A DNA stretch of 64,000 nucleotides from Vicugna vicugna (GCA_013265495.1 MU058636.1:2728001-2792000), one strand, 5' to 3'; numbered from the stretch's first letter, positions 1 through 14,029 are shown. The notes: generated from the letters alone by a model not told the origin. Numbers and translations: made by a program.

Positions 1-899
1 CAACTTCAGGGACAAGACTAAATTGAAGGGATGCTCATGCTCTGGGACCTGGAATTTAATTCAGTCCGTCTAACTCTGTGAGGCAGTTCTGTAATTTAAA
101 CACCAAGAAATGCTCAGTTCAGAGTGAGCCTGTTCCTGGGTGTAGCCCACCTTAAGTGAGCCTGCTTTGTGATGATCACCATTCAGAAAGTGGAAGTTGG
201 AGTTTTCTCTTTGGGAAAATCGCTTTTAAGTAGCAGACTCATTTGGGACAATTAAGACAGGAATGAATTTCTAAGGACATTGCTATCTCCTGTAACTTCT
301 CAGGGACACACAAAGAGAGCGGGAGAGCGAGTATGAGTTGGATGTGTAATGAGATCGAGCCCTCTCCTTGCCCCCTTTTGGCATCTGTTTCTGGAAGGTG
401 CAGGTGACGTGGTGGCGTGTTCTGTGTTTTCTGTGTGGGGCGAGGACTGGGAATGAGGTTCCTTTGTGAAAGGACCCTCGTTGCCAGAGGAAGATGCATG
501 GAGAACCTCCTCTTTAAAACACATACACACTTTGGATTATCTCTGATTCCAAAGACACATCACTGTGCACCTTAGCCGTTGTTAAACAGAAGATTTTAAA
601 ACTCAGTCTCAGGCTGTGACTTCCGGTTCCAGAGGAGAGATACTTGTTCAGATCACTGGAGGATGGAGTGGGTGTGAGGAGCGCTGATGTGACTCTGAGG
701 AATCCCGCAAGGAGTGATTCCTCTAGTCAGGGCCACGGGTGCCCTTAAGAGAGGACTGATGCTTGTGGACTGGCCTCCGAGAGTAAACAGGTTTCAGTCG
801 GCAGAAGTGAGGGGTCCAGCCTGGCAGGCTGCACAGCCCTGGGACAGGGCAGGCTGGTGCTGCAGGTGAAGTGTCTGAGTTGCCTGAATCTTGGAGGGT

Positions 900-1270
900 G
901 GGGCTGTCGGTAACCAGAAATGAGGCGGATGGGTTTGGGGACTCGAATAGCCGAGTAGAGAGGGGTCTCAACGCGAGGCGGTCAGGAGGCACTGAGAGTT
1001 CTGGACGGAGCCCCAAGCGTTTAAAGCTGCGCTGTAGGAATATTAATATCGTAGCAGGTTATGGAACGGGTGGTAGAATGAAAACTCCAGGCAGAGAACA
1101 CGATCAGGAGGCTCTGCTGTCAGTAACGATAATCCAGGCAAGAGGTGAGGGGGTGGGAAGGAGGGTCTGATGGAAAGGAGAGGGCAGATGCAGGGCCCCG
1201 GGGCCTGGGTTGGAAGCCAGTGGCGGGCAGGCGGGTCATTGGTGTTTAAGGGGTACAGGCTGCTCCAGGT
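900..1270 (-). mobile_element. L2 LINE fragment
   Basis: L2-like text (tttaaagctg..., gtaacgataatccaggcaagaggtgag, ccaggtgacaagtgg), highly diverged. Confidence 0.45.
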
Positions 1271-2859
1271 GACAAGTGGTAGACTGCACCCACCTCAGCC
1301 GCAGTAACTCCCAGGGAGAAGTCACAAAACCATGGAACGTTAAGTTAGCTTAGGACTTTATAGGGTTTATAGCTCAGAAATGCGTACAAGAGGTCACGGG
1401 TTCTCCTTTTCAGTATCTTCTCTGGAACTGCACACTTTGTGCATCAGTGAACCAAGGTTCAGGTGCGGTGGACCTGTAGGGATGGGCATTTTTCCTCCAA
1501 AATTATACTTTTTTCAAATGTCACCTGTCCCTTTGGAGTCTCATCCCACATTCCAGGAGTATCCTCTGTCTCTCCCGTCCTCTCGGGAGTTTCTGCTGGG
1601 AGGAGCTGCTTTTTTCACAGTTGCCTAAGGCTTTGAATTTCTGCTTCTCTTAAATTAACTCAGCTTACGGGTCCTACCATTCTGCACGCAGCATCCCTCT
1701 GCACCTGGCGTAGCCCTGCCCCCTTTGTTGATTTCCAAGACTCTTTGTGCTTTATGATGCTGGGGGCTCCATTAGGGAATTAAATTCGGGTTTGGAGGTC
1801 AGGAGAGAAAAAGGAAGCTCAAGGAAAGTAGACTTAGGAGTCATTTACTTAGAAGTGACATAAAAGGGATGAGACTGACAGGAGCATATGTACAGAGGAG
1901 GAAGGAGGACAGGACAGCACCTCTGTAGGGGCCGAGGAGGAGGAAAGGAAAAGAAAGAAAACACAGGCGATGCTGAGAAAGGTTGCTGAAAACAGGAGAG
2001 TCTTATCTCTAAGCAGCCAAACGAGGGAAACATTTCTCAAGGTGGGAGTGATTTACAACAGCTGGTAGCAGACAGTGGATGACAAAGATACAGAATGAGG
2101 ACATATCCTAGAGTTTGGCACTTTCAGAGGGGCATCTACAAACAGGTCGGGACCGCGAGATGCTCCTGGTTCCTTGGCAACCAGAGGTTGAGCAAAGTTC
2201 GGCCTCCCTCAGCCCGCGGTGAAGCCAACGCTTTTCCCCGTGCAAAGTGGCAATGGTGACATCTACAGGGCATTGGCTGGAAATGAAAATCTGCCCCAGG
2301 AGAAGAGCGCTCGCCAAATAGTACCTTAAATTCCAGGGAGTTTCACAAAAAGCAAATGCTGCTCATCTCCCCGCGTTCTCTAAAGTGGGAACGGCAGGTC
2401 TGCCTGTTCCGCAGATTTAACTGAAACTAGGTGTGAAATGAAAAATCACACAACTGCTTTCATTTCTCGTTCGATTCCTGACAAAGTACCAAGACAGCAA
2501 CAGTGAGATTTACGTCGCACACTGCAAGAAGTTTGTGTATAACTCATGAAAGCAATTCCGTATCGCACAAACCTAAGATTCAAACCATCTGTATCTGTGA
2601 TTCTGGAGAGAGTGAGGGCCCATCACTTCTGCTCTACCAGGAACAGAAAGAGAACATTTAAAATTGAAAAGTGTTGAGATTCTGACATGGCAGTGTTCTC
2701 TTGAAAACAGAGAATTATCGTAAGGATGGTGCTCACAAAAGAGATGAGAGGTGGTGACATTTCTCAGATTTTTCTTCTATAGCATTTACCCAATATTTCT
2801 TCATTTTGAAAAAAATGTCAGGCCGGAATTATGTATTTATTTTCTAAGCCTAAAGGAGA

Positions 2860-3225
2860 AGAGGGGGGGGAAAGACACAAAGAATAAATGCAATGAATGG
2901 AAAAGTTACAAAGTTATTAATCCAACTGTATCAATAATCTCATTAAATATGAGTGGTCTAAACACACTAATTAAAAGACAGAGATAGTCAGAAAGGATTT
3001 TTTTTTAACCCAACTGTATTTTGTCCACAAGAAATCCAATTTAAATATAAAGACTCTTACAAAAGTAAAGGGATGGAGTAAGATAAGTCATGTTAACACT
3101 AATCCAAAGAAAGTTGGAATAGTTACACTGATTTCAGACAAAGCAGACTTTGAAACAAGGAAGATCATCAGAGATAAAGAGGGACATTACATTATGAACA
3201 AAGGGGTCAGTTCTCCAAAAGCCGT
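2860..3225 (+). mobile_element. Old L1 fragment, ORF2 N-terminus (endonuclease start)
   Basis: Translates to SIISLNMSGLNTLIKRQR, cf. L1 ORF2 start ITLNVNGLNSPIKR; frameshifted. Confidence 0.8.
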
Positions 3226-6200
3226 GAAGAGCGTGAAGGTAGTTATTGATATTTTAGGCTGACTGTTTGGATCCAGTGCCTCTATGACCAGATAATGCTC
3301 GGTTGTTACAGTCCTGAGAACTTTGTTTTCATCTCAAAAGCCTGCTGAAATGCATCCAGGATTTAGGGGGGAAAATAATTGTAAATGCCTGATGTGTCCT
3401 GGGCACGGCTATGCCCTTTGTATTTTTTATGTCCGTTGTCTCATTTAATCCTCATACTAAGCTTTGGATGCAGGGGTTTGATGCCCATGTGATAGATAGC
3501 TCAGGTTGCTTTGATTAATAATATTTTGCTTATCATTTCATTCATCAGCTATTTAACAAGCACCTGCTGAGTCTCAGAGTAATAAAGAAAATAAAAAATT
3601 GTTCTTGAAGATGTCCCTTCCAGAAAATCTCCAATATCCCAACTAGTCGTTGCAAAGCACCTCATTTGGTTCTCTTAGCATTGCCGAAAGGCACACAGGC
3701 GTGCTCTTAGTACCTCCATTCCCCAGATCAGGAAACCGAGGCGGAGAAGTCCTTCCCGTCCTCAGGTCTGGTGGCTTGTAAGCCGTGGAACCGACACTCC
3801 AGCCTCTGAGTCTGGCGCTCCTGCTATTCTTCTATCCATGGTATTTTATTGACAAAGACATGAAATGACTTGTGGTGGTCAGAACGATCAAGAGGGGAGT
3901 TTTCCCTAGCAGCCTTGTAGCTGGATGAAGCCATGTGGAACATTTATTGTAGCCCCTGCCTCTGAGCAGGGCTGCATGGAAAGTGGCAGTCCCCCAGGTG
4001 CCACCGGGGTATTAACATGTGACCTTCCCTCCGGCAGTGTGAGTTTTTCTGCTTTGCTCCTCATCCCTGTGTCGGTCTAGCAACACCAACTGACCAAAAT
4101 CTCCTTGCCAAACAGCATCTTGACCTTATACTGAGATGTCACACTTTGGTGACAGCCCATGGGGAACAGTGTTCAGTGGCTGCAGTGAAACACCGTGCCC
4201 TCCATTCAACAGTTGACGCCGTGCGTGAAGGAGGACTAGTACCTTACTGGCTTTTCTTGCCCTAAATTATAAACCCTAGGCAACCAGTGTAGCTATGTTG
4301 AGATTAACTGTGAGGTTGGCCTGGAGCTCACTACTCTACCCAACTCCTGGAGACAGATGCCCACCCATGGAAGACAGCCCTCACCCTCCGTGCCCAGGAC
4401 GAGCCATGAAACAAGAGGCTGTTGAGAGCCACACAAGGCTATGCTGCCCAACAAAAGTAAAGGCCTGAGTAATTTTTCAGAACTAAGATCTTCAGAATAT
4501 TTTCTTCTATCTGTATAGATTTTCTTTTTGGGAACTTAAGGTATATTATTGACAATGAGCAGCTCCTCATAATAGCCATTTCTTATGTGAAAACCCAACA
4601 CACAAACTGAGCAAGGTCCCCAAGATGCCGGTTGGTTGAATTCTGGTCCTGGGTGAGACGGAGGAGCACATGCTCTCTCTTGCACTGATTGCAGCTGCAG
4701 CGCCCGGGCAGAGTACACCGAGTAGCTGTTTGAGGACTCTGAAAAGTAATGTGTAGCCGGCAGATTGGAAAGAAGACCAGGAAAGCATCACAGAACTGGT
4801 GGTGAATTTACAGGTGTTCCTCTCCAGCATTCCCTGGCCTGAGCTCAGTGCAGCTTGAAAGCTGGAAGTGGACACAGAGGTGTGGACAGAGGCATCTCCA
4901 GGAAGAGCCCTCTGTTTCTGGCTACGGGAGTGGGAAAAGGAACTCCTAGCACTCAGGGAGAGTTAAGTGCATCTTTCTCCTTTCCTCCATTTTCTCATAC
5001 CCCAACTCACAAGTGGCCTTGTGGTCATGGCAGCCGTCGTGTTGGTGGCAGCAGCCTGCCAAGGCCAAACTCTAAGAGAGGAGAACTTTCCTCTCTGCTT
5101 GAAGGAGCTGTGTCCCAAAAGGGAGAGGCAAGCCCCGTTGCTTTTATTCTCACTATCTTTCTGCCGTTTAGCCATGGACGTGAGCACAGCTATAAGATAT
5201 GCACAGCAGAGTGGGGTTACTCCTGTTCCAGCTTTCTGGCTGGAGGACCAGAAGAGGGAGCCCCCAGGGAACTGGAAAGGACTGTGAAGATTGCGGAAAG
5301 GGAGGAACTTGGGAAAGTGATCCCTTAAAATTGTTCTTGTGCCCCTGGGCTCACCCCTGAGCTCCATGTGTGTGAATCTCACCCTAACAGCATATGTAGA
5401 CTCTGAGAACTGAACCACAGGATAGACCGCTGCCCAGTGCCTGACTGATCATTGCTGGATGTGTGTGTGGGGGGGGGCAGCACTTCAAAGACTTTGAAAC
5501 ACAACTCACAGAGGACTGCATGGAACCATAGCCTGAACTCAACTTGATCAGCTGCTTGATATCAATTCTACTGAGATTTAAACAAGACCCAGGGTCGTAT
5601 AATGTAATATTCAAAATGCCCAGGATCCAGTCCAAAATGACCTAGCACAGGAAAAATCTCAACTTGTATGGGAAAAGCCAGCTGACAGACAGTAAATCCA
5701 GAATGACACAGATGTTAGATTTGTTTCTGATGAAGACGCTGAATGCAGCTATTTTTAATGCTCCAAGAAGTAAGGGCAAGTACTTTTAAATTCAATGGAA
5801 GGATAGAAAATCTTTTCAAAGAAACAGAAGATATAAAAAGTCAAATGGAAATTTTAGGAGTAAAAAAATACAGTAACCCAAAAAGGAAACTCACTGGATG
5901 GAGATGACAAAAAGTCAATGGAGTTGAAGATAGAAACTATCAAATCTGAACAGAAAGAATTTTTTTAAAAAATAAGCAGAAGAAGAGAGACTCTGAGAGA
6001 CAATATTAAAAGGTCTAATATTTCTGTCATAGGAGTCCCAGAAAAGGAGAATATTTTCAGGAAAGAAGTATTTGAAGAAATAATGAACAGAAACTTCCCA
6101 AATTTGGTGAATGACAGAAACCTACAGATTCAAGAATCTTAGTGAACCTCAAACAAGATAAGCCTGAAGAAATCCATGTCCAGATATGCTGTACTGTGAT

Positions 6201-6877
6201 CACATGCTGAAGACTGAAAACAAAGAAAAATCATGAGAGCACTCAGAAAGAAATTACATGTTATCTATCAAATGCCTGCAGATTTTTCATCATAAACTGT
6301 GGAGGCCGGAAGACAATGGAACATTTTCAAAGTGCTGGAAGAAAGCACCGTCAACTTAGAATTCTAGATCCATGAAAACATCCTTTGGAAATGGTGGTGA
6401 AGTAGACATTCTCAGATGAAAGGAAACAAGAAGAAACCTTTGTCTGCAGATCTGTTCTCAAAGAACCGTTAAAGGGAGTTCTCCAGGCAGATGGGAAATG
6501 ATACCACAAGGAAGCTTGAACAGCAAGAATGAAGAGTGACAGAAACAGTAAATATCTGGGTATATAACAGACTATTCTTTTCCTGTTGAGTTCTTTAAAA
6601 TATATTGAAAAGCTGGAAGCCAAAATTATAACATTGTCTGATAGGGTTTTCAGTGCACGGAGATGTGATTTATAAGATTACTACACAGGGGAGAGGGTAC
6701 AGAAGGACCCATATGGCAGAGAGGCTTCTCCTTCCCACATGTGGTGGTCAAATATGATTTTAATTAGACTGTTAAAAGTTAAATTTTTTATATTACAATT
6801 CCCAAACCAGCAGCTAAAAAATTATGCAAAGAGATGCAATCAAAAGTCTGATAAGCAAATGACAAACTAATACTAAT

Positions 6878-7075
6878 ATGGCACAATTGAAAAATGAATA
6901 TATTCAATTTCTCTTAATAATAATGGAAAAGAATCTGAAAATATCTGTGTGTGTATATACATATATATACATATATATGTGTGTATATATATAGAACTGA
7001 ATCAGTTTGCTGTACACCTGAAACTAACATTGTAAATCAACTACACCTTAATAGAAAATATAATTAAAAAGAAAA
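6878..7075 (+). mobile_element. Short 3' end of a younger cetartiodactyl/camelid L1 with TA/TG microsatellite, nested in the old L1
   Basis: actgaatcagtttgctgtacacctgaaactaacattgtaaatcaactac followed by an A-rich tail; possible TSD taatact. Confidence 0.75.
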
Positions 7076-7221
7076 GTAATACTGAAAAATGTTCAAATAA
7101 CCCGAGAGAAGTCCAGAAGGGGGAAACAGAAGAATAAAACCAGAGGGAAAAACAGAAAACAATAAAGTGGTAGATTTAAATTCAAACATCAACAGTCACA
7201 TTAAATATAATGTACTAATTT

Positions 7222-7426
7222 AAGCCAGCAAACAGTGGCCCATGGGCCAAATCTATTTCTGTAAATAAGGGCTTATTGGAACATGGCCATATGCACCCCT
7301 TTTTGTCCCACCTGGGGCTGCTTCCTCACTGCAACAGCAGAGTTGAGTAGTCAACAGACTACATAAGCCACAAAGTCCAAAACGTTTATTATTTGGTCCT
7401 TTACAGAGAAAGTTTGCCAACCTTTG
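7222..7426 (+). mobile_element. MER58A-like hAT-Charlie DNA transposon
   Basis: cagcaaac...gggccaaatc...gtaaataag...tattggaaca...gcagagttgagtagt...cctttacagagaaagtttgccaacc. Confidence 0.8.
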
Positions 7427-7699
7427 GTCTAAACACACCAGTGAAAAGATCAAGATTGTCAGAGTATGTCTGGAACCATGGATTCAAAAAACATGACCCA
7501 ACTATCTGCTGTCACCAAGAATCCTGCTTAAAACCCAAAAAGATGTAGGTTAAAAGTAAAAAGGTGTAACATGCAACCACGAATCAGGTAAGCCGAGTGG
7601 CTGTGTGGATATTGCACAAAGCAGACTTGGCTGACCGGGCGCAAGGCTCTCTCGCCCCAGCACGGCCGCGGAGCTCAACCAGGACTCCTGGTCTCCGCT

Positions 7700-8542
7700 T
7701 CACCCTGAAAAGCCTGAGAGACAGCAGAAGATTTGAAACGGGCAGTTAGTCTGGGCAGAAATTAATCTCTAGCCTCCCGTCCTTCCTCAATTAGAGGGAA
7801 TTTATCCAGGCTCGGAAGGGGGAAGAATGTTCCAGGAAGAGCTCGAGATCCAAGCTTAGTCGGCTTGAACCTGCTTCAGGCTGAGACCTAGAGGAGAGAC
7901 TGAAACCCAGTGGAACTCTCATCACTTGGGGGTCCCAGAATAGTGGGGAGCCTGGCCTTGCTCAGCTCACTCGGCTTCCTAATGGTTAAGCCTCCCTGAG
8001 CTCCCTCGGGCCACAGTGGATTGAGGGTGGCAGAGCAGAGGCTCCCAGGAGCTTCAGAGGATGGAGGGCACCCCCGATATAAGATGAAACAGGGGACCCG
8101 AGTGGACGTGACAACCAGAAGCCACGGTGACTACACTGTGAGCACAGAGCCAGGAAGCACAGCCCTGAAGGCGTGGTTGCACACAGCCGCAGGTGTGGTG
8201 AGAGGCGACATTCAGAATCCTTCCAGGTGAGTCACAGCTCAAAGGCTGTCAGCCCAGGAGCGAGACAGAAGGAGAGCCGGAGGCCGCCCAGCCCCTGCCC
8301 GCACCAGACCCGCCTGGAATCGAGCCAGGCGGTGTAGGAGGGAAGAAAACCCAGGGGAAAGCGGCTGACTCCTGTAAACACAAATTAACAAATCATGGGA
8401 TTGAACTTTCATCTAAAAGCAACTAGCTTAGGTTTCCCTAAAAGTGGGGAAAATCAGAGGCTCCAGGTGGAGATTAAGGGCGGTCAGAGGATAAGAAAAC
8501 TTGCTTGTGGCTACTTGGATTTTTGAAGTTCACATCTATAAC
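7700..8542 (+). mobile_element. Ancient LTR-like element (possibly Gypsy-class LTR85/LTR88 type)
   Basis: The 3' part (gagattaagggcggtcagaggataagaaaac...cacatctataaca) resembles old mammalian LTR ends terminating in ACA. Family assignment is tentative. Confidence 0.35.
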
Positions 8543-10229
8543 ACGGCTTTCAAAAAAAAAACAAAACTGAAAATAGGAAGGAATGGTGGTGTTAGTGTTT
8601 TTGACCTGCTAGTGTGAAATAGCCTCCAGATGGGGCCCCGGGGCTCTAGCAGCCGCCCTGTCCGTGAGACAGTCTCTTTTTGCAGATGGAAAATTGGAGC
8701 CCAGAGAGGCTAAGTAGCCGAGGCTGCACAGCACAGCCAGGACTTGAAGGCATCTAGCTCTCAACCTTTGCTCTTTCCCTTGCTTCTCACAACGAGAAGT
8801 AACACAAGGGTTACCAGTCGCTCAGATCCCGTGGTGCCCCGTCCGGTGGCAGGAAGGCTGAGGGGTCATGCTGGCATCAGAGTGGTCAATGCCGGTCCCG
8901 ACACTGGGCAGCTGGGAATTTCAGTGGACCCTGGAGAACAGTCTCAGGTCACGAACTCACCCGTGGTCCAGTGGGTTTGTATCGTTATTTCAAGTGATAC
9001 ATACTAATACTTGCTTCATCTTTTTTTAAAGATGGCAGAGTTTTAAGTGGGGAGTTCCCCAGAGAAAGGGGGCCTCCCCACTCCCCCTCACTTCTCCGTG
9101 GCTTGGATTTGGCATAGCCAGTGAGTTGTACTGTGTCGGTGGTCTTGATCATTAACCTCTTTTTGCAATAGTCCAAGTTGTTCTGCTAGAAGAAGGAACA
9201 CGTTCACCCCAGGTGGTTCCCAGAGTGCCCTGCCTTTATCAACAAAGAAGAAACAGGCCAGTCTGAGCTGCTACAGAGCGAATCCCTGGCTGGGAGGAGC
9301 TGTGACTGCCTGCTCTCACATTCCTTTCTAGGAAAATCTACAGTGACTTTAGGAGGATTGTGCATAAAGAGGGAAGAAAGAGGCCGAACAACCCAAATTA
9401 GAATCTGTTGCTGGCTAGAATCCTTCTTGCCACTGGGAATCTATTGCTGGGGTCCTCAAGGGGCAGATTTCCAGGCTTCTGCCCAGATATCTGCCCAGAT
9501 ACAGGTCCTGGAGTGGAAGCAAGAGGAAGTTCTGTGCCAGGAAAAAAAATCTGGGGCGTGTAAAGTAGACTAGCCAGAGTGAGGAGGCAGTTTGCATCTG
9601 TGGCAAGCAAAAAATGTCTCAAATTCCTAACACAGTGAAGCAAAAGGGTCTGATACTATGTAATCAGGCGCTGTAGTGCTTACAGCACGTAACGTATTTA
9701 CAGTGCAGAAAATAACCCGCAGGAGGCTGCGAGTTACGTAGAGGTACTGGCAGTAAGAGGGACTCAGAGACCATTCATCTGTGCTTGTTATTGGCTAACA
9801 TTTATGTCCCTAACCAAGTGCCAGGCACTTGGCAGGGGCTCAGTGCTCCTTGTCCCGTTTAATTCTCGCCACAGCCCTGTGAGTGGGCAATTTTGTGACA
9901 TAGAGAGGAATCACTTTGCCTGAAGTCACAAAAGTGACTCAGAGCCGGGCCGGGGTCTGAGGCAAGGGGGTTCAGACACCGTTGCTACGTTCTGCTGTCT
10001 GCTAGGAGTTTCTGTGCGGAACGACACTCAGTACAATAAAGTGAGAAAACACAGGGCAGGAAAGCACAGAACTGGGCATCGGGAAACCTGATTCAGTCCA
10101 GTCCACCTCTCTCTGCTTCACTTTCCTCACCTGTGAAAGGAGACTGTTAGGAGGGCGGAGTGATCTCGTGTCCATGAACCTGGTCTGAAGACTCTACCAC
10201 TTGGTGGTGATGACTGTTTCCTCAAAAAA

Positions 10230-11600
10230 TCATCATCAGATCAAGTGCCTGCTCTGGCCCAGAAACTGCTCAGGACTGGAATACAGCAGAGGGCGAAACA
10301 GAAGTGGTCTGTGCCCTCGTGGAGCTGGGACTCTGGTCGAGGGATGGATCAAGTCTTTTAAATAGAAAGAGCAGTATCGGAGGCTGCCCCCTAGTCTTTG
10401 AGATCAGAGGTGTGTGTTCTGAGATTGAAGAAAGAGGTGGAAGAGGTCAGGGAACACTATTGCAGCAGATTTGGAGGGGAGAGGGGGCTGCATGTAATAT
10501 CGCTGTGGAGGGGAGGGGACATGGGTGTCCACGGAGTTGGGGGAAGCTGTTGGAGCCCTAGGCTGGAGAGGTGGCTGACAGGCCAGACCTCCTAAGCAGT
10601 GACGGGGATCTCGCTCTATGTAGCAGGAAAAGGAAGACTCTGTGTGGAGAGTGACCCAAGCGGACTCACGTTTTGAGAACAGATGGGCAGGGAGACCAAA
10701 TGGGAGCTAAGGCAGTTGTGGTGGCTCGGACCAGCTTGATGGACGTGCGGTGGTGCGAGGTCTGTGGGCAGTGGGAGAGGTGTTCAGGAGGGAAGTCGGG
10801 CAGGAGTGGCGATGTGTTGGAATAAAGGGTGAGGAAAAGGTAGTGTTCAAGGCTGAGGCCAAGGTCTCTGGCTGGGAGACCAGATGAATGTGTTACTGAG
10901 TCCAAACTCGTTCTGCTCACCACCTCACAGGCCAGTAAATCAGAAGACAAGGTGTTGGGGCAAGGAATAACGGCTTTATTCGGAAAGCCAGCAGACGGAG
11001 AAGATGGCAGACTAACGTCCTAGAGAACTGTCTTCCCCCTCAGAATTCAGGCTCCTTTTATACTAAAAAGGGGAGGGGTGTGATTGGTTGTTGCAGACTT
11101 CTTGGTGTCAGAATCCTTTATTCTTGCAGCTGTCCCCGTCATGATGTCCCTGTAAACCTCCAGAAAAACAAACGCTATTTTGTACTCTGTAACTTTTTGT
11201 CTTTATATGAATGGAAAAGTGTTAATGCCCTTAAAGGTCAGAGCCTTGAGACTAAGGTATCCTGTGTATTTCAGGCTAGAGGCAGCATTCTTTTACAAAA
11301 GGTGCAGAACCAGCGAGACTCAGCACAGGAAACAGCACGGGGTTGGAGCCCAAGGAACAGATCTAACATGGAGTCAGATTTTTTCTTTTCCTTTACAAAC
11401 AGGGGTACCACTCACTGAGACAGGAGATGGGATGAGCAGGCTCCTCGGGGGTTCATGGGTTGGGTTCTCAGGCACGTGGAGTTTGGGGTGCCTTTGAGAC
11501 ATCTGAAAACGTCCAGTTAGGCTAAATAGAACTGGTGCTCTTGAAACCAACAGCTGGTACATTTCGTCTGACTTTCAAGAGGAGGTGGCAGAGCACTGCT
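10230..11600 (-). mobile_element. L2 LINE fragment interrupted by an LTR
   Basis: L2 3'-type sequence (caagtgcctgctctggcccagaaactg..., caaggctgaggccaaggtctctggctgg | ...tttgagacatctg) continues across the insertion. Confidence 0.65.
10891..11397 (-). mobile_element. Solo LTR, ERV1-type
   Basis: Termini TGTTA...TTTACA; minus-strand AATAAA (tttatt 10975-10980) and TATA-like element (ttttata about 11056); flanks AATG/AACA consistent with a 4-bp TSD. Confidence 0.75.
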
Positions 11601-14029
11601 GTGAGCCTTCATGGGCTGGGTCCAAAGAGATTCTTCTTTTGTATAAGACACAGTGCCTTTCCTCATGGAGTTGGCCTCACTTGTGAATCAGATGAACACA
11701 TGAGAAAATGTAAGTCAGTATGTGATTGATCATCAGAGATTGGAGTGTGCTGCTAATGAGTGGAGAGGCTTCCTGGAAAAAGGGAGGCTCACACGAGAGA
11801 CAGCAGGCATTGCTGAGGGACAGGTGGGGGGGGTAGACAGCGAGCGATACAGCGATGCGAGCTGGAGAAGAGAGAATAAATGTGGCTCTGCGTCGGGGGC
11901 AGTGAGGTGGGAGACTGACTGCAGACTGCGGCGTGTGTGTCCAGCCGCGTAACACATATGCGTTTGAAGTTGGGGCTTGTATTCTTAGAATTGCGGCTTT
12001 CTATTTCATTGCTTCTGGTCTTGTTGAAGGACAGAGCAGTCACGACAAATGGCAAACACAAGTACAAACGACATAAAAATTGAGAGAGTGTGTGTATTTT
12101 TCCCCTTCATGCAAGGTTTTAAGCAGTGTAGTGCCTAACAACCATCTTAGTAAAAACAGTGTTTTAAAATAGATGTGAGGGCCTAATGGAAACGATGTCT
12201 GTTTCCACTCGTTTATAATCTCAGCTACTGGGGGCAGCTGGGCGACCTGTAATCAAACCTGGAGGCCCTGCAGTGGGAGGGGATGGACAGCTCTGGAGAG
12301 CCAAGGCAGAAACTGAGTAAAGGACTCTCCTTGGATCTTGGTTTCCATGGAAAAATGTCTTCTGATTTGAATAAAACGTGCGTTGGCGCAGGGAAGATGT
12401 CTCACCCCGGGGCTTCAGCTCTGCATTCCTGCCACGTCAGGCCGGCCATCTCCCTCACCTCCTCTGGGGGCGGGAACCAGCCCCTATGATTCCTGAGCGC
12501 TTCAGATGGTGTGCGCAGGGCGCCCGGCGAGAGGGCGGTGGTGGGCGTGGGCTGTGCCGAAGGAGGGGTGTGCCCCCCAATAGGCTGGAAGAGGAGACAC
12601 AGCAGAGGATCAGATCAGCATCTCCTCTGTCCCTCTGCTCATGGCTGGCCTGGGAGGCCGTCCACAGGCTACTTACAGAGGGGAAGCATTTGTCTTTAAC
12701 TTCAAACTGTCCACTTTTCCTCAGTAACTGGAAAACTGACTCCCGTGAAACATACAAAGTAGTTCAGGGACAACCACGTAGGGACCTATTTAAAATAAGT
12801 TGACCTACATTGTATATAATTAAGCCTGGAGCGGGGTTGCATTTTGAAACATCCTTTTAAGCTGCTGAGTCCTTTTCAGTGCACCAGAGCAAAATCCCCA
12901 GAGAAAGGGAGAGAAAATATCTGTGTGTATCTATAAAACATCCTCTTTGCATGGATGTATGTTGTGAGAGGTAGCCAGCAAGGGGGTCTGTTCCAGCCAA
13001 AAGAGTAATCTTCTCTTCCACTGGAAGAGACTCTTTTTTGTATAATTAAGCAAAGTAGTGACGGTTTATTCCGCTTACTTATCCAAGTCCAGTGGAAATG
13101 CTGTGTTCCCTGGGCTCGATACTGTATGAAATTTCTGCTGTAGCCAGGAGGTGTGCCCCCACTCAATAAACACACCAGCTTTCTGTAACCCAAGGCCTGA
13201 CCTGTTACATTCTGTCCGAGGAAAGTAGCTGCGGACGCAGAAGCACGTGTGTTCACACTCTGGTGCTGCTTTGGCACGTAGAGAGGGAACGCAAACAGGC
13301 CAGAGGAAGAGCCGGGCCCCCCTGGGGTCTGGATTCCCACGTCCTTCACAGGCTGGGCCCCGCGGGAGCTGCAGGATGGAAACGGAGGCCTCTGCCGCTC
13401 GTGGTGGCTGAGACTCGTGTTCTGCGTGGCTTATTCTCTTGCCTTCAGTCCTGACGGCAGCCCGGGCACAGGAGTGCTCTCCAGCCCCAGCTGCTGGCCT
13501 CAGTCCGGAGGCCCCTCCCGCAGACGGCCAGTGCCTGCTCAGCCTGGAACTCATTCCAGCAAGGCAGCCCCAGCCTTGGACCCCAGCCAGCAATGCCCCC
13601 GCCCCACTCCTGTGTCCAGCGTGTCTTACCTTAAGCCACTTCATCTTCAGCAGTTAGTCCCTGCTGAAAACAGACCGCAACTCCCGGTCAGACAACACTG
13701 GTGGCCTGAACACATCTAACTGTACTTTTAGAAACACGATTTGGGGAACCACCACATCAGTTTGTGACACTAGTGATGGGACCCAGTTTTAATTCTGATC
13801 CCAGTTAGATTCATCCACACATGACATTCTTCTCCTGGGTCTGCGGTATGTCCGTCATGCTCCAGGGTCAGCTGGGAAGACAGCAGCTCTGGCTTCCAGG
13901 CTTCAGTGTGTCAGTATGAGATAAAGTCTCAGGAGCATCGCAAGGCCGCCTGAAAAGGCATCCTCATTGCTAAGAACTACAGGGTGATTCTACCAAAGTA
14001 CCATCCCAACACATGTTCTTTTATGGTCC

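Larger units (their letters stand above)
4735..7630 (+). mobile_element. Old L1M element: 5' region, decayed ORF1 and start of ORF2, with nested insertions
   Basis: ORF1-type motifs (ataggagtcccagaa, gaaataatgaacagaaacttcccaaatttg, cctacagattcaagaa) and ORF2 start (ggtctaaacacacc...atgacccaactatctgctgtc). 5' boundary uncertain. Confidence 0.75.

Noticed and set aside
9478..9502. Short direct repeat ctgcccagata x2 (also gatctaac x2 near 42026)
   Set aside because: Two-copy micro-duplications typical of replication slippage; no further structure.
12876..13719. Cluster of overlapping ORFs of 100-189 aa
   Set aside because: No homology I recognise, no convincing splice structure, and GC-rich composition explains them.
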